DNA of 63,120 bases, counting the filler. It is 4 parts of 4 records of this genome, joined end to end, with 100 filler letters (N's around TTAATTAATTAA, not from the genome) between each part and the next. Parts side by side here need not be neighbours in the genome. Positions count along the whole stretch, not along the records: positions 31,504 to 63,120 come from SRR22947727_1057; 3 more parts are not named here. The stretch is one strand, 5' to 3'. The notes below the pieces were generated by a model. That model had not been told where the DNA came from. It searched no databases and saw only the letters and a list, made by a program, of their open reading frames with translations. Positions 40,720-49,407 of this stretch are shown piece after piece. A program made the translations under genes and the position numbers. Position 1 is the stretch's first letter. Each line of letters starts with the position of its first letter.

Positions 40720-41393
40720 TGAAAGCATCTGAACGAATAAGACAAAGGCTTAAGGAAAAAGACGTTAGATTTCATAGCAATGACAATATTGCTGATTTTG
40801 TAGAACCAGGCGAGTTGGAAGAACTTCAGAAAGAAGTTGAAGATTCATTTTCAGGAGTACTCGATGCATTAGTAATTGATACTGAAAATGATCATAACAC
40901 AAAAGAGACTGCAAGACGTGTTGCTAAAATGTATATAAAAGAAATATTTGGTGGTAGATTTATTCAACCGCCTAAAATTACTTCTTTTCCTAACATGGGT
41001 TATAGAAGTTTATACACAAGTGGTCCAATCAGTGTTAAATCAACTTGTGCTCATCACTTTCAGAATATTGTAGGTAAGTGTTGGATAGGTGTTCTTCCAG
41101 AAAAAGAAGTTATTGGATTATCTAAATTTAATAGATTAGTTCATCACATTGCTGAAAGACCTCAAATACAGGAAGAAATGACAACACAGATTGCTGAAGC
41201 ATTACAAAAATATGCAAAGACTCCAAATGTGGCTGTACTGATCAAAGCAGAACATCATTGCATGACACACAGAGGTGTAAGAGAACATGAATCAGATATG
41301 ACAACTGCTATCATGTTGGGTGCGTTTGATAAACATGCTCCTCTTAAGAAAGAGTTCTATGATATATGTTTGAGCATGAAAGGTCATAACTAA
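40719..41393 (+). CDS. folE: GTP cyclohydrolase I
   Basis: ETARRVAKMY, STCAHH, GLSKFNR, PQIQE, EHHCMTHRG. Confidence 0.95.
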   Translation: MKASERIRQRLKEKDVRFHSNDNIADFVEPGELEELQKEVEDSFSGVLDALVIDTENDHNTKETARRVAKMYIKEIFGGRFIQPPKITSFPNMGYRSLYTSGPISVKSTCAHHFQNIVGKCWIGVLPEKEVIGLSKFNRLVHHIAERPQIQEEMTTQIAEALQKYAKTPNVAVLIKAEHHCMTHRGVREHESDMTTAIMLGAFDKHAPLKKEFYDICLSMKGHN

Positions 41394-41397
41394 ATCA

Positions 41398-42297
41398 ATG
41401 AGTAGTAAACTTCGATATTCAGAAGCATTTTATTCCATACAAGGCGAAGGACGTTTTGTTGGAGTACCCAGTGTGTTCTTAAGAACATTTGGTTGTAATT
41501 TTCGTTGTATGAACTTTGGGTTAGATAAAGAACCAAACAGAGCAGAAAAACTCAAACAAGGAATAAAATACAATCCAGAAGTTAAGAAGTTGTTGGATGA
41601 GGGGATTACTGACAAAGTGGATAAGTTTGAAGACTTGCCAATAATTCATACAGGCTGTGACACTTATGCCAGTATCTATCCTGAGTTTAAAAAGTTCATG
41701 ATGGATAAAACTGTTGACGAGGTTGTGGATCATATATTATCATTAACTCCAGAAGGCAAGTGGACTATGTCTAATGGACAAGATGTACACTTTATTTTAA
41801 CAGGCGGTGAACCTTTGTTAGGATGGCAAAGAACATACATCGAACTATTTGAACATCCAAGAATGAAGGATTTAAAAAATGTTACTTTCGAAACAAACAC
41901 AACGCAGACTTTACATAAGGATTTTGAAGACTATCTTAGAAAACAAAACAGATTCCAAGTCACTTGGTCATGCTCTCCAAAACTTTCCGTATCAGGTGAA
42001 CCTTGGGACACTGCTATCAAACCTGAAATTGCTAGGTCTTATAATGGGATTCCTAACAGTGAAATGTATTTCAAATTTGTGGTTGCTGATGCTTCCGATG
42101 TTGATGAAGTTGCACAAGCAGTTGCCGAGTTCAATCAAGTGGGAGTCAACGTTCCCGTTTATGTCATGCCACTGGGAGGCAGATCAGAAACATACACACT
42201 CAACACAAAAAGAGTTGCCGAATTGGCAATGGCAAGAGGATGGAGATACACTCCAAGACTACACGTCGACATATTCGGAAATGCCTGGGGGACTTGA
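41398..42297 (+). CDS. queE: 7-carboxy-7-deazaguanine synthase (radical SAM)
   Basis: FYSIQGEG, VFLRTFGCNFRC...GCDTY, TGGEPLL, FETN, CSPKL, PRLH. Confidence 0.88.
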   Translation: MSSKLRYSEAFYSIQGEGRFVGVPSVFLRTFGCNFRCMNFGLDKEPNRAEKLKQGIKYNPEVKKLLDEGITDKVDKFEDLPIIHTGCDTYASIYPEFKKFMMDKTVDEVVDHILSLTPEGKWTMSNGQDVHFILTGGEPLLGWQRTYIELFEHPRMKDLKNVTFETNTTQTLHKDFEDYLRKQNRFQVTWSCSPKLSVSGEPWDTAIKPEIARSYNGIPNSEMYFKFVVADASDVDEVAQAVAEFNQVGVNVPVYVMPLGGRSETYTLNTKRVAELAMARGWRYTPRLHVDIFGNAWGT

Positions 42298-42329
42298 TAA
42301 AATAAACAAGGAAAAAATGGAGAATAATA

Positions 42330-42725
42330 ATGGACATCATTAAGAAAATTAAAGAAGTAAAGGACAAGTTTATTAAGAAGAAAGAAACAACTTCTAAAGA
42401 AACTGGTAAAAATCCAAAGTTAGATGCATTAATGAAAGAAAAAGAACAAGCAACAGCAAAAGGTGAACCTTGGGTTGCTGTGTTAGACACAAAAATTAAT
42501 GGAGACAACATAAGAAACGGGTTCTTTGAACTGGATTGGAACAATGAGTTTATTGAGAAACTGTTGGATGCTGGATACAAAGGTGAAAGCAATGAACAAA
42601 TAGTAGATGGTTGGTTCAGAACAATAGCTCAAAATATTCTTGATGAAGAAGGTTTAGATCCTACAAGAGGTGCTGGATATATCAATACAAAAAATTTAAG
42701 TGAGGATAAATCGGAGATCAGTTAA
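42330..42725 (+). CDS. Hypothetical phage protein
   Basis: GGAG RBS; EPWV...GFFELDWN. Confidence 0.75.
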   Translation: MDIIKKIKEVKDKFIKKKETTSKETGKNPKLDALMKEKEQATAKGEPWVAVLDTKINGDNIRNGFFELDWNNEFIEKLLDAGYKGESNEQIVDGWFRTIAQNILDEEGLDPTRGAGYINTKNLSEDKSEIS

Positions 42726-42823
42726 TGATATCAATTTTACAAGAAACCGTCGCAATAATAATGATACTGGGATCAGGTGGGTCCTTATTTGTACTATGGT
42801 ATTACTTGTTTATGAAATTTTAA
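42725..42823 (+). CDS. 32-aa single-TM peptide (absent from ORF track)
   Basis: TAATG coupling; MISILQETVAIIMILGSGGSLFVLWYYLFMKF*; exactly fills the gap. Confidence 0.6.
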   Translation: MISILQETVAIIMILGSGGSLFVLWYYLFMKF

Positions 42824-42826
42824 GAT

Positions 42827-43825
42827 ATGAATTATATATTAGTAGACACAGCCAATACATTTTTTAGAGCCAAACACGCAATACAGAGTGATTTGGATTC
42901 TAAGGTAGGAATGGCTTTACATATCACATTAAACAGTGTTCGTAAAGTATGGCAGGATTTTAAAGGTGACCATGTTGTATTTTGTTTGGAAGGTAGAAGT
43001 TGGCGTAAAGACTTTTATGAACCTTATAAACGTAATAGAAAAAATGCTAGAGATGCCAGAACAGAAAAAGAAGTCGAAGAAGATTTAATATTTTGGGAAA
43101 CTTTTGATAATTTTAACGAATTTATTGAAACAAAAACAAACTGTACAACATTACAACATCCTAGACTTGAAGCAGATGATTTAATTGCAGGTTGGGTACA
43201 AGCACACCCTAATGATAATCACTTTATTATAAGCACAGACGGTGACTTTGCTCAATTGATCGCTCCTAATGTGTGTCAATACAATGGAATAACTGAAGTA
43301 ACAACCACACATGAAGGATATTTTGACTCAAAAGGAAAAAGAGTAATAGATAAAAAGACCAAAGAAGAAAAACCTGCACCCAACCCTCAATGGTTGTTGT
43401 TTGAAAAATGTATGAGAGGCGATACTGCTGACAATGTGTTCAGTGCTTATCCTGGAGTTAGAACAAAAGGAACTAAAAAGAAAGTTGGTTTGCAAGAAGC
43501 ATTTGAAGATAGAAATTCTAAAGGATATAATTGGAACAATATAATGTTACAACGTTGGGTTGATCACAATGGCATCGAACACAGAGTGATGGATGACTTT
43601 CAAAGAAATATAACATTGTGTGACTTAACAGCACAACCTGAAGAAATAAGAACATTGATTAACGATGCTATCAATGATATTAAACCTAAAACTGTTGAAC
43701 AAGTAGGATTAAAATTAATAAAATTTTGTGCTAAATGGGATATGCAAAAAATTGCAGAATATCCACAGACGTATGCAGAACCATTAAATGCAAAATATAA
43801 ACTTAAAGAGGAGGCAATAGCATGA
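42827..43825 (+). CDS. 5'-3' exonuclease / T4 RNase H-like flap nuclease
   Basis: ILVDTAN, SWRKDFYEPYKRNR, EADDLIA, STDGDF, GDTADNV. Confidence 0.9.
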   Translation: MNYILVDTANTFFRAKHAIQSDLDSKVGMALHITLNSVRKVWQDFKGDHVVFCLEGRSWRKDFYEPYKRNRKNARDARTEKEVEEDLIFWETFDNFNEFIETKTNCTTLQHPRLEADDLIAGWVQAHPNDNHFIISTDGDFAQLIAPNVCQYNGITEVTTTHEGYFDSKGKRVIDKKTKEEKPAPNPQWLLFEKCMRGDTADNVFSAYPGVRTKGTKKKVGLQEAFEDRNSKGYNWNNIMLQRWVDHNGIEHRVMDDFQRNITLCDLTAQPEEIRTLINDAINDIKPKTVEQVGLKLIKFCAKWDMQKIAEYPQTYAEPLNAKYKLKEEAIA

Positions 43826-44319
43826 CAAATAAATTTTTTGCAAAGCCGATATTAGAAAATAGATTCTGGATATTAGAATCCGACGGAAAAAAAGTAGGAA
43901 CTATATGTAGACAAGAAGATAGAAGATATATGTTTAGTTGTACCGATGGTACTAGACTGTTTGATAATCAACAACAACTCCAAGGAAGTTTTGATGGAGA
44001 GTTGATGTGGGGATCAACATTAAGTATACCAACAGAAGAAAAGGAAAACGAAGATAATTCAGTTTATGATTACCCTTCAAAATTTAAAGCATTCAATATG
44101 GTTTTCGATGTGAAACGTAAACTACCACTGTTTAATAAAAGTAAAAAATCTAAAAGTTTATACTGTGCTGGATACTATATCATTCAATTTGAAAAAGGAT
44201 GGGTTAGAAGTTACTGTCCTAAATTATTAACATTAGACAATTATCCTTACAAAGGACCATTTAGAACATCATTAGAAATGAAAACGGAGTTAAGTAATGC
44301 CAACAAATTACCCTATTAA
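43822..44319 (+). CDS. Hypothetical phage protein
   Basis: GGAGG RBS, ATGA overlap. Confidence 0.75.
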   Translation: MTNKFFAKPILENRFWILESDGKKVGTICRQEDRRYMFSCTDGTRLFDNQQQLQGSFDGELMWGSTLSIPTEEKENEDNSVYDYPSKFKAFNMVFDVKRKLPLFNKSKKSKSLYCAGYYIIQFEKGWVRSYCPKLLTLDNYPYKGPFRTSLEMKTELSNANKLPY

Positions 44320-44536
44320 TACAGCCAGTCTGCAACAATTTATACAACAAGTTAAAGGTGCAGACTTCAGTAACCAAAAAGAAGTGCGTTTAGACATCAA
44401 CACAGCCAAGCAAGTCACATATAGCCTAGCCACAGTGTTGGCCCGTTTAGCGGGCGACTATGAGGGTCTAATAGCACAGAATAACAGCACAGAAGCAGAA
44501 ACCATAGAAGTTAAAGTAGACGGCGGTAATTTATAA
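44297..44536 (+). CDS. Hypothetical phage protein
   Basis: GGAG RBS, overlaps upstream gene. Confidence 0.7.
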   Translation: MPTNYPINTASLQQFIQQVKGADFSNQKEVRLDINTAKQVTYSLATVLARLAGDYEGLIAQNNSTEAETIEVKVDGGNL

Positions 44537-44569
44537 TACTACCTCAAGGTAGATAAATACTCATATAAT

Positions 44570-44860
44570 ATGAGTAGACCTAAGCCGACTATATTACTAG
44601 AATCCACCGATCGCAAATCTTATAAGAGCGAACAGGTACTTGCGGCTGAAGGTATATGGGCAGTGTTCTACAAAAATAAACCATTCAATTTAAAATCAGC
44701 AAACATGCTGAACAACTACCCGGGACCAAAATACAAGAAAGTATCGTTTTCAAATCCTGGACACGCATTCAATCTAGCCAAAAAGATGAACACCATGTTC
44801 AACACTGAAGACTTCACAGTGGTCAAATTGACCCAGGGTGAAACTGTCAGTGAAAAATGA
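44570..44860 (+). CDS. Hypothetical basic phage protein
   Basis: Preceded by TAAATA at 44554-44559. Confidence 0.75.
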   Translation: MSRPKPTILLESTDRKSYKSEQVLAAEGIWAVFYKNKPFNLKSANMLNNYPGPKYKKVSFSNPGHAFNLAKKMNTMFNTEDFTVVKLTQGETVSEK

Positions 44861-45246
44861 ATTGGAAAGAAACCTACACCAAAATCTTCTTAAAACAGGC
44901 TGATATAGGCATCAGCGAAAACACTCTGAAAGAGTATATGCCGTCTTGGTGGAAGAACACTAGAGACAAAGGTTCAGGAGGTTTACGATTGACTGATGCT
45001 GGTTTAGAGTTTATCAAAGACAAACTGCAACTGCAAACATATGATGTACCATTTCCTACTGACTTTAACCTTACCACACAGACTATAATATTTTTGGACA
45101 AGTATTTAAACTGTCCTTACTACCTAGCAGACGATGGCATTATTGTTACCAACGAAAGGAGAGCAATGGAATTGATGTTGTTTTCTGGAGATATCCGAAA
45201 ATATGGTATCAACAAAGCACTTTCCAGACTAGAATCCACAGAATAA
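44857..45246 (+). CDS. Hypothetical phage protein
   Basis: ATGA overlap; WWKN...GLRLTDAG. Confidence 0.75.
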   Translation: MNWKETYTKIFLKQADIGISENTLKEYMPSWWKNTRDKGSGGLRLTDAGLEFIKDKLQLQTYDVPFPTDFNLTTQTIIFLDKYLNCPYYLADDGIIVTNERRAMELMLFSGDIRKYGINKALSRLESTE

Positions 45247-45294
45247 GTTATCCACAGATCAAATTACCCGCATAAACCTTGACTTCTTAGGCAC

Positions 45295-45323
45295 TTGACT
45301 TTTGGTACGTCAGAATGTATTAT
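45295..45323 (+). promoter_or_regulatory. sigma70-type promoter of the MoxR ATPase
   Basis: TTGACT-N17-TATTAT, then GAGGAG RBS. Confidence 0.75.
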
Positions 45324-45355
45324 TAAGTATAACAACAAATTAACGAGGAGTACAA

Positions 45356-46468
45356 ATGGTAAAACAAAGTAAAACACAAGATGCTGGTCTTACAACTAGA
45401 CAACTTTCGCCTAACAAAGCAAAGGCAAGTATATTACACGCATTAAAAATTAAAAGACCAATATTTTTATGGGGCGGCCCTGGTATTGGTAAATCAGATA
45501 TTATTCATCAAATTGCTAAAGATATTGATGCTAAGGTGATTGATATCAGATTAAGTTTATGGGAACCTACAGATATTAAAGGTATTCCTTATTACAATTC
45601 AAAAGAAAACAACATGACATGGGCATCACCTTCAGAATTGCCTACTTCAGCAATGGCTAAAAAGCACAAAAATATTGTGTTGTTTTTAGATGAGATGAAT
45701 TCTGCGGCACCTTCAGTACAGGCGGCGGCATATCAACTTATATTGAACAGAAAAGTAGGTCAATACGAATTGCCTGAAAATGTTCTTATTGTGGCGGCTG
45801 GTAACAGAGAGGCAGACAAAGGTGTTGTTTACAGAATGCCGGCTCCGTTGGCAAACAGATTTATCCACTTAGAAATGAAACCAGAATTTGATGACTGGTT
45901 TGAATGGTCAGTGGCTAACAACATTAACAAAGATGTTGTTGGATATCTAACTTTTAGCAAAAAAGACCTATACGACTTTGATCCTAAATCACCTAGTCGT
46001 TCTTTTGCTACTCCGAGATCTTGGTCATTTGTGAGTGAATTACTTTCAGATGATTTAGATGAAAACACTATAACTGACTTGGTCAGTGGTGCAGTGGGCG
46101 AAGGACTTGCAGTTAAGTTCATGGCTCATCGAAAGGTGGCTTCGCAGTTACCTAATCCTTCAGATATACTTGAAGGAAAAATAACAGAACTGAAATCGAA
46201 AGAAATATCAGCAATGTACTCGCTTACGGTTTCACTATGTTATGAACTCAAAGAAGCAAATGACAAAAAAGATAAGAAATTTAACGACAAAGTTAATAAA
46301 TTTCTTAGATTTATGATGGATAATTTTGATACAGAACTTGTTGTTATGGGTATCAAGATGGCATTAACTCAGTATCAATTACCGATTGATCCTGATGCTG
46401 TTAAATGTTTTGATGAATTCCACGAAAAATACGGCAAATATATTACTGCCGCTCAAAGCATCAAATAA
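45356..46468 (+). CDS. MoxR-like AAA+ ATPase
   Basis: Walker A GGPGIGKS, Walker B LFLDE, AAGN, PLANRF, TPRSW. Confidence 0.9.
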   Translation: MVKQSKTQDAGLTTRQLSPNKAKASILHALKIKRPIFLWGGPGIGKSDIIHQIAKDIDAKVIDIRLSLWEPTDIKGIPYYNSKENNMTWASPSELPTSAMAKKHKNIVLFLDEMNSAAPSVQAAAYQLILNRKVGQYELPENVLIVAAGNREADKGVVYRMPAPLANRFIHLEMKPEFDDWFEWSVANNINKDVVGYLTFSKKDLYDFDPKSPSRSFATPRSWSFVSELLSDDLDENTITDLVSGAVGEGLAVKFMAHRKVASQLPNPSDILEGKITELKSKEISAMYSLTVSLCYELKEANDKKDKKFNDKVNKFLRFMMDNFDTELVVMGIKMALTQYQLPIDPDAVKCFDEFHEKYGKYITAAQSIK

Positions 46469-46478
46469 TAGTGTTGAA

Positions 46479-46507
46479 TATAGGGCACTTTTTACCGGTG
46501 CCCTATA
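46479..46507. terminator. Stem-loop after the MoxR gene (terminator-like or processing site)
   Basis: TATAGGGCAC-N9-GTGCCCTATA, perfect 10-bp stem; no U-tract on + strand. Confidence 0.55.
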
Positions 46508-46518
46508 CCAAAAAAGAG

Positions 46519-46547
46519 TTGACTAATTTACCAAAAGAAAGTATAAT
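46519..46547 (+). promoter_or_regulatory. sigma70 promoter, probably giving a leaderless mRNA
   Basis: TTGACT-N17-TATAAT; ATG 6 nt downstream, no RBS. Confidence 0.8.
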
Positions 46548-46553
46548 AGTATT

Positions 46554-47810
46554 ATGAGCACAGACACTTTAGAAATAGAAAAAAAAGAATTAAGTCCAGA
46601 AGAATTAAAAAACTTAAGAGCAGAAGTTATTGATAAAATTGTGGTTGCTAGAGTTGGATTGTTATTAAGACATCCTTTCTTTGGTAACATGGCAACAAGA
46701 TTACAAATTAAAGAGTGTGATGATTGGTGTCCTACTGCCGCAACTGATGGCAGAAACTTATTTTTTAACACAGAGTTTTTCAGCAAGATGACATCTAAAG
46801 AAATTGAATTTGTTATAGCACATGAGATTCTTCATTGTGTGTTTGATCACATGACAAGAAGAGAAGACAGAGATCCACAACTTCATAATATTGCTTGTGA
46901 TTACATTGTGAACAATACTTTGGTTAGAGATAACATTGGTGAAAAACCAAAAGCAGTACAAATATTTCAAGATTGGAAATATGACGGTTGGGCAAGTGAA
47001 GCCGTGTATGACGACATTTATAAAAAAGGTAAAGAGCAAATGGAACAGTTAGGTAAACTGTTAGACGAACACATTGATTGGGAAAAAGGTGAAAGTACAG
47101 GTGGAACAACACAAGGTCCTAACAGTGGTGGAAAAGGTAAAGGTCCTACATATTCAAAAGAAGAACTGGAAAATATTAAGAATGAGATAAAAGAATCAAT
47201 GATGTCGGCGGCACAGGCGGCTGGTGCTGGAAATTTACCAGCAGAAATTGAAAGAATCATTCAACAATTCACAGAACCTAAAATGAATTGGAGAGAATTA
47301 TTACAGCAACAGATTCAAAGTGTAATTAAAAATGATTACACATTTTCAAGACCTAGTAGAAAAGGATGGCATTCAGGAATAATACTTCCAGGTACAAATT
47401 ATGATGAGACCATAGACATTTGTATTGCTATTGATACTTCAGGATCTATCATGAGTCAACAAGTGGAAGATTTTTTAGGTGAAGTACAAAGCATTATGGA
47501 ACAATACAGAGATTACAACATTAAAATATGGTGTTTTGACACTGATGTTCACAATGAACAAGACTTTAATTCATCTGGCGAAACATTAGAATCATACAAA
47601 ATAGAAGGTGGCGGTGGTACTGACTTTATGGCTAATTGGGAATACATGAAAGAAAACGACATTGTTCCTAAAAAATTTATAATGTTTACAGATGGCTACA
47701 CATGGGATGGTTGGGGAGAAGATGATTACTGTGACACTGTGTTTGTGATCAATGGTCACCACGACAAGAACATGGAGGCACCTTTTGGTACTACTGTGCA
47801 TTATGAATAA
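46554..47810 (+). CDS. Metallopeptidase-like + VWA domain protein (DUF2201-type MoxR partner)
   Basis: TAATDG, HEILH, MIDAS DTSGS, GGGGTDF, FTDG. Confidence 0.88.
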   Translation: MSTDTLEIEKKELSPEELKNLRAEVIDKIVVARVGLLLRHPFFGNMATRLQIKECDDWCPTAATDGRNLFFNTEFFSKMTSKEIEFVIAHEILHCVFDHMTRREDRDPQLHNIACDYIVNNTLVRDNIGEKPKAVQIFQDWKYDGWASEAVYDDIYKKGKEQMEQLGKLLDEHIDWEKGESTGGTTQGPNSGGKGKGPTYSKEELENIKNEIKESMMSAAQAAGAGNLPAEIERIIQQFTEPKMNWRELLQQQIQSVIKNDYTFSRPSRKGWHSGIILPGTNYDETIDICIAIDTSGSIMSQQVEDFLGEVQSIMEQYRDYNIKIWCFDTDVHNEQDFNSSGETLESYKIEGGGGTDFMANWEYMKENDIVPKKFIMFTDGYTWDGWGEDDYCDTVFVINGHHDKNMEAPFGTTVHYE

Positions 47811-48097
47811 TGTTTTCAAAAACTAATCAAGTAAACCCGTTAAATTATTTCAACTGTAGGCAGTTTACCAAAAAACCTCACGGATTAGAATTTCTCAAAT
47901 TAAACTATGATTGGAATGACAACGAAGAACTTTTGGAGAAGTGGATTTTGGAAAACCTAAAAGGAAGATTCTATATTGGTAAACATTTAGGAGTTGATGT
48001 AGACAAAAAAATTGTAAACCATATTTTGGTAGGATTCGAAAACTCCAAAGAGCTATCAATATTCAATCTTAGTTGCCCATATATCAAACGTCATTAA
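47810..48097 (+). CDS. Hypothetical phage protein
   Basis: TAATG coupling. Confidence 0.7.
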   Translation: MFSKTNQVNPLNYFNCRQFTKKPHGLEFLKLNYDWNDNEELLEKWILENLKGRFYIGKHLGVDVDKKIVNHILVGFENSKELSIFNLSCPYIKRH

Positions 48098-48133
48098 ATA
48101 CTTCTGTATACAATAATAAAGGAGCATTTTAAA

Positions 48134-48436
48134 ATGACAGATACAAACCAAACAAAAACTGTAACGACTCCGACGAAAGATGAAGTAGTTGGAAAAGATG
48201 TTGCAGGTATGGCACCAAAAGTTCAAGCAGGTGCTGGAGCAGAACTTACTGTTCAAGACTTAAACGTCCTTAAACAAATTATCGACGTTGCAAGTCAACG
48301 AGGAGCATTCAAAGCCAACGAAATGGCAATGGTGGGTGCAACTTATAATAAACTAGAAGCATTTTTAAAGATTGTTGAACAGTCTCAAAAAGATGCCAAT
48401 ACACCAAAAGATGATAAACCAACGGAGGCAAAATAA
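48134..48436 (+). CDS. Hypothetical phage protein
   Basis: TAAATA at 48095-48100, AAGGAG RBS. Confidence 0.78.
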   Translation: MTDTNQTKTVTTPTKDEVVGKDVAGMAPKVQAGAGAELTVQDLNVLKQIIDVASQRGAFKANEMAMVGATYNKLEAFLKIVEQSQKDANTPKDDKPTEAK

Positions 48437-49008
48437 TGGCCGATATAAAACATGTAGGAAAATTAAAAGGTAGCGAAAAAAAAGTTGTCGTTGCTTACAG
48501 AACAATTCCTGGTGATTCAAAATCAGCAGTTGTAATCGAAACAGCAAAAATAGATCCATTGGATCATGATGCTTTAATCAAAGTTGTTGAAAGCAATGAA
48601 GGTCAAACTGCATTTGAATTGTTTGAAGTGTTAGAAAGAAATCTGACACCAGACAGTCAAGTTATGTTGAATAAATTTCACACAGGTGGATTTATGAGAA
48701 AAGTTCCAACTGACACAGTTATAATGACACCAAACACAACAGCAACAATTCAGTTAGATGAATTGAACACAATCATTGCTAAACAAAAAGGTGTATCAGT
48801 TGATGACCTAGCAGTGAAGTCAGTAAAAACGAATACTGCTACTCCTGTTGCTTCAAGTCAGTTGTCATCAGCAAGTAAAGAGCAACCTTTGACAGATGAG
48901 AGATTAGCGGCTAACTTAAGAAGCGATGCTGATCGTTTGTATAAAGAGGCAAAATTACTTAGAGAACAAGCAGAAGAACTTGTACCTACTAAGAAAAAGT
49001 CTAAGTAA
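48436..49008 (+). CDS. Hypothetical phage protein
   Basis: GGAGG RBS, TAATG coupling. Confidence 0.78.
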   Translation: MADIKHVGKLKGSEKKVVVAYRTIPGDSKSAVVIETAKIDPLDHDALIKVVESNEGQTAFELFEVLERNLTPDSQVMLNKFHTGGFMRKVPTDTVIMTPNTTATIQLDELNTIIAKQKGVSVDDLAVKSVKTNTATPVASSQLSSASKEQPLTDERLAANLRSDADRLYKEAKLLREQAEELVPTKKKSK

Positions 49009-49014
49009 AGCATA

Positions 49015-49344
49015 GTGTCTGTAGTGGTCAAATTCCGTAAAAAACAATTGCCAAAGGAAGTAGTGGCTCACTGGCCCGAAGTGTTTTCGGACCTACACAT
49101 CGAGTCAATACCAATTGAATATTTGCTGTCTATAAAGGTAGAGTTTAGAGATGGCAAGAATTGGGAAATACGTGTCAAAAAGAACCGTCAGAAGTTGACC
49201 AACAAAGAATTAGAGAAGAATATCAAGGAACTGTTTCAACATTACGGAAACAGCATCAAAAACGTGGATTTTAGGATAGATACCAACAAGGTTAAAGCAG
49301 ACATTCAAAAACGCACTAAAACCTTCCTAAAAAAGCGGAAATAG
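49015..49344 (+). CDS. Hypothetical basic phage protein
   Basis: ORF filling the operon; GTG start. Confidence 0.65.
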   Translation: MSVVVKFRKKQLPKEVVAHWPEVFSDLHIESIPIEYLLSIKVEFRDGKNWEIRVKKNRQKLTNKELEKNIKELFQHYGNSIKNVDFRIDTNKVKADIQKRTKTFLKKRK

Positions 49345-49407
49345 TAACTCCAGCAATCTGCACAGCGGAATAAATACACTATAATATACGTTAGGAGCAT
49401 ATTACAA

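Noticed and set aside
40719-41393. folE as a folate auxiliary metabolic gene
   Set aside because: It lies 4 bp from queE and near a transglycosylase, so deazaguanine synthesis is the simpler reading.
41879-42592. Alternative-frame and antisense ORFs over queE and the next gene (and similar short nested ORFs elsewhere)
   Set aside because: Nested in well-supported genes, with no motifs or RBS.
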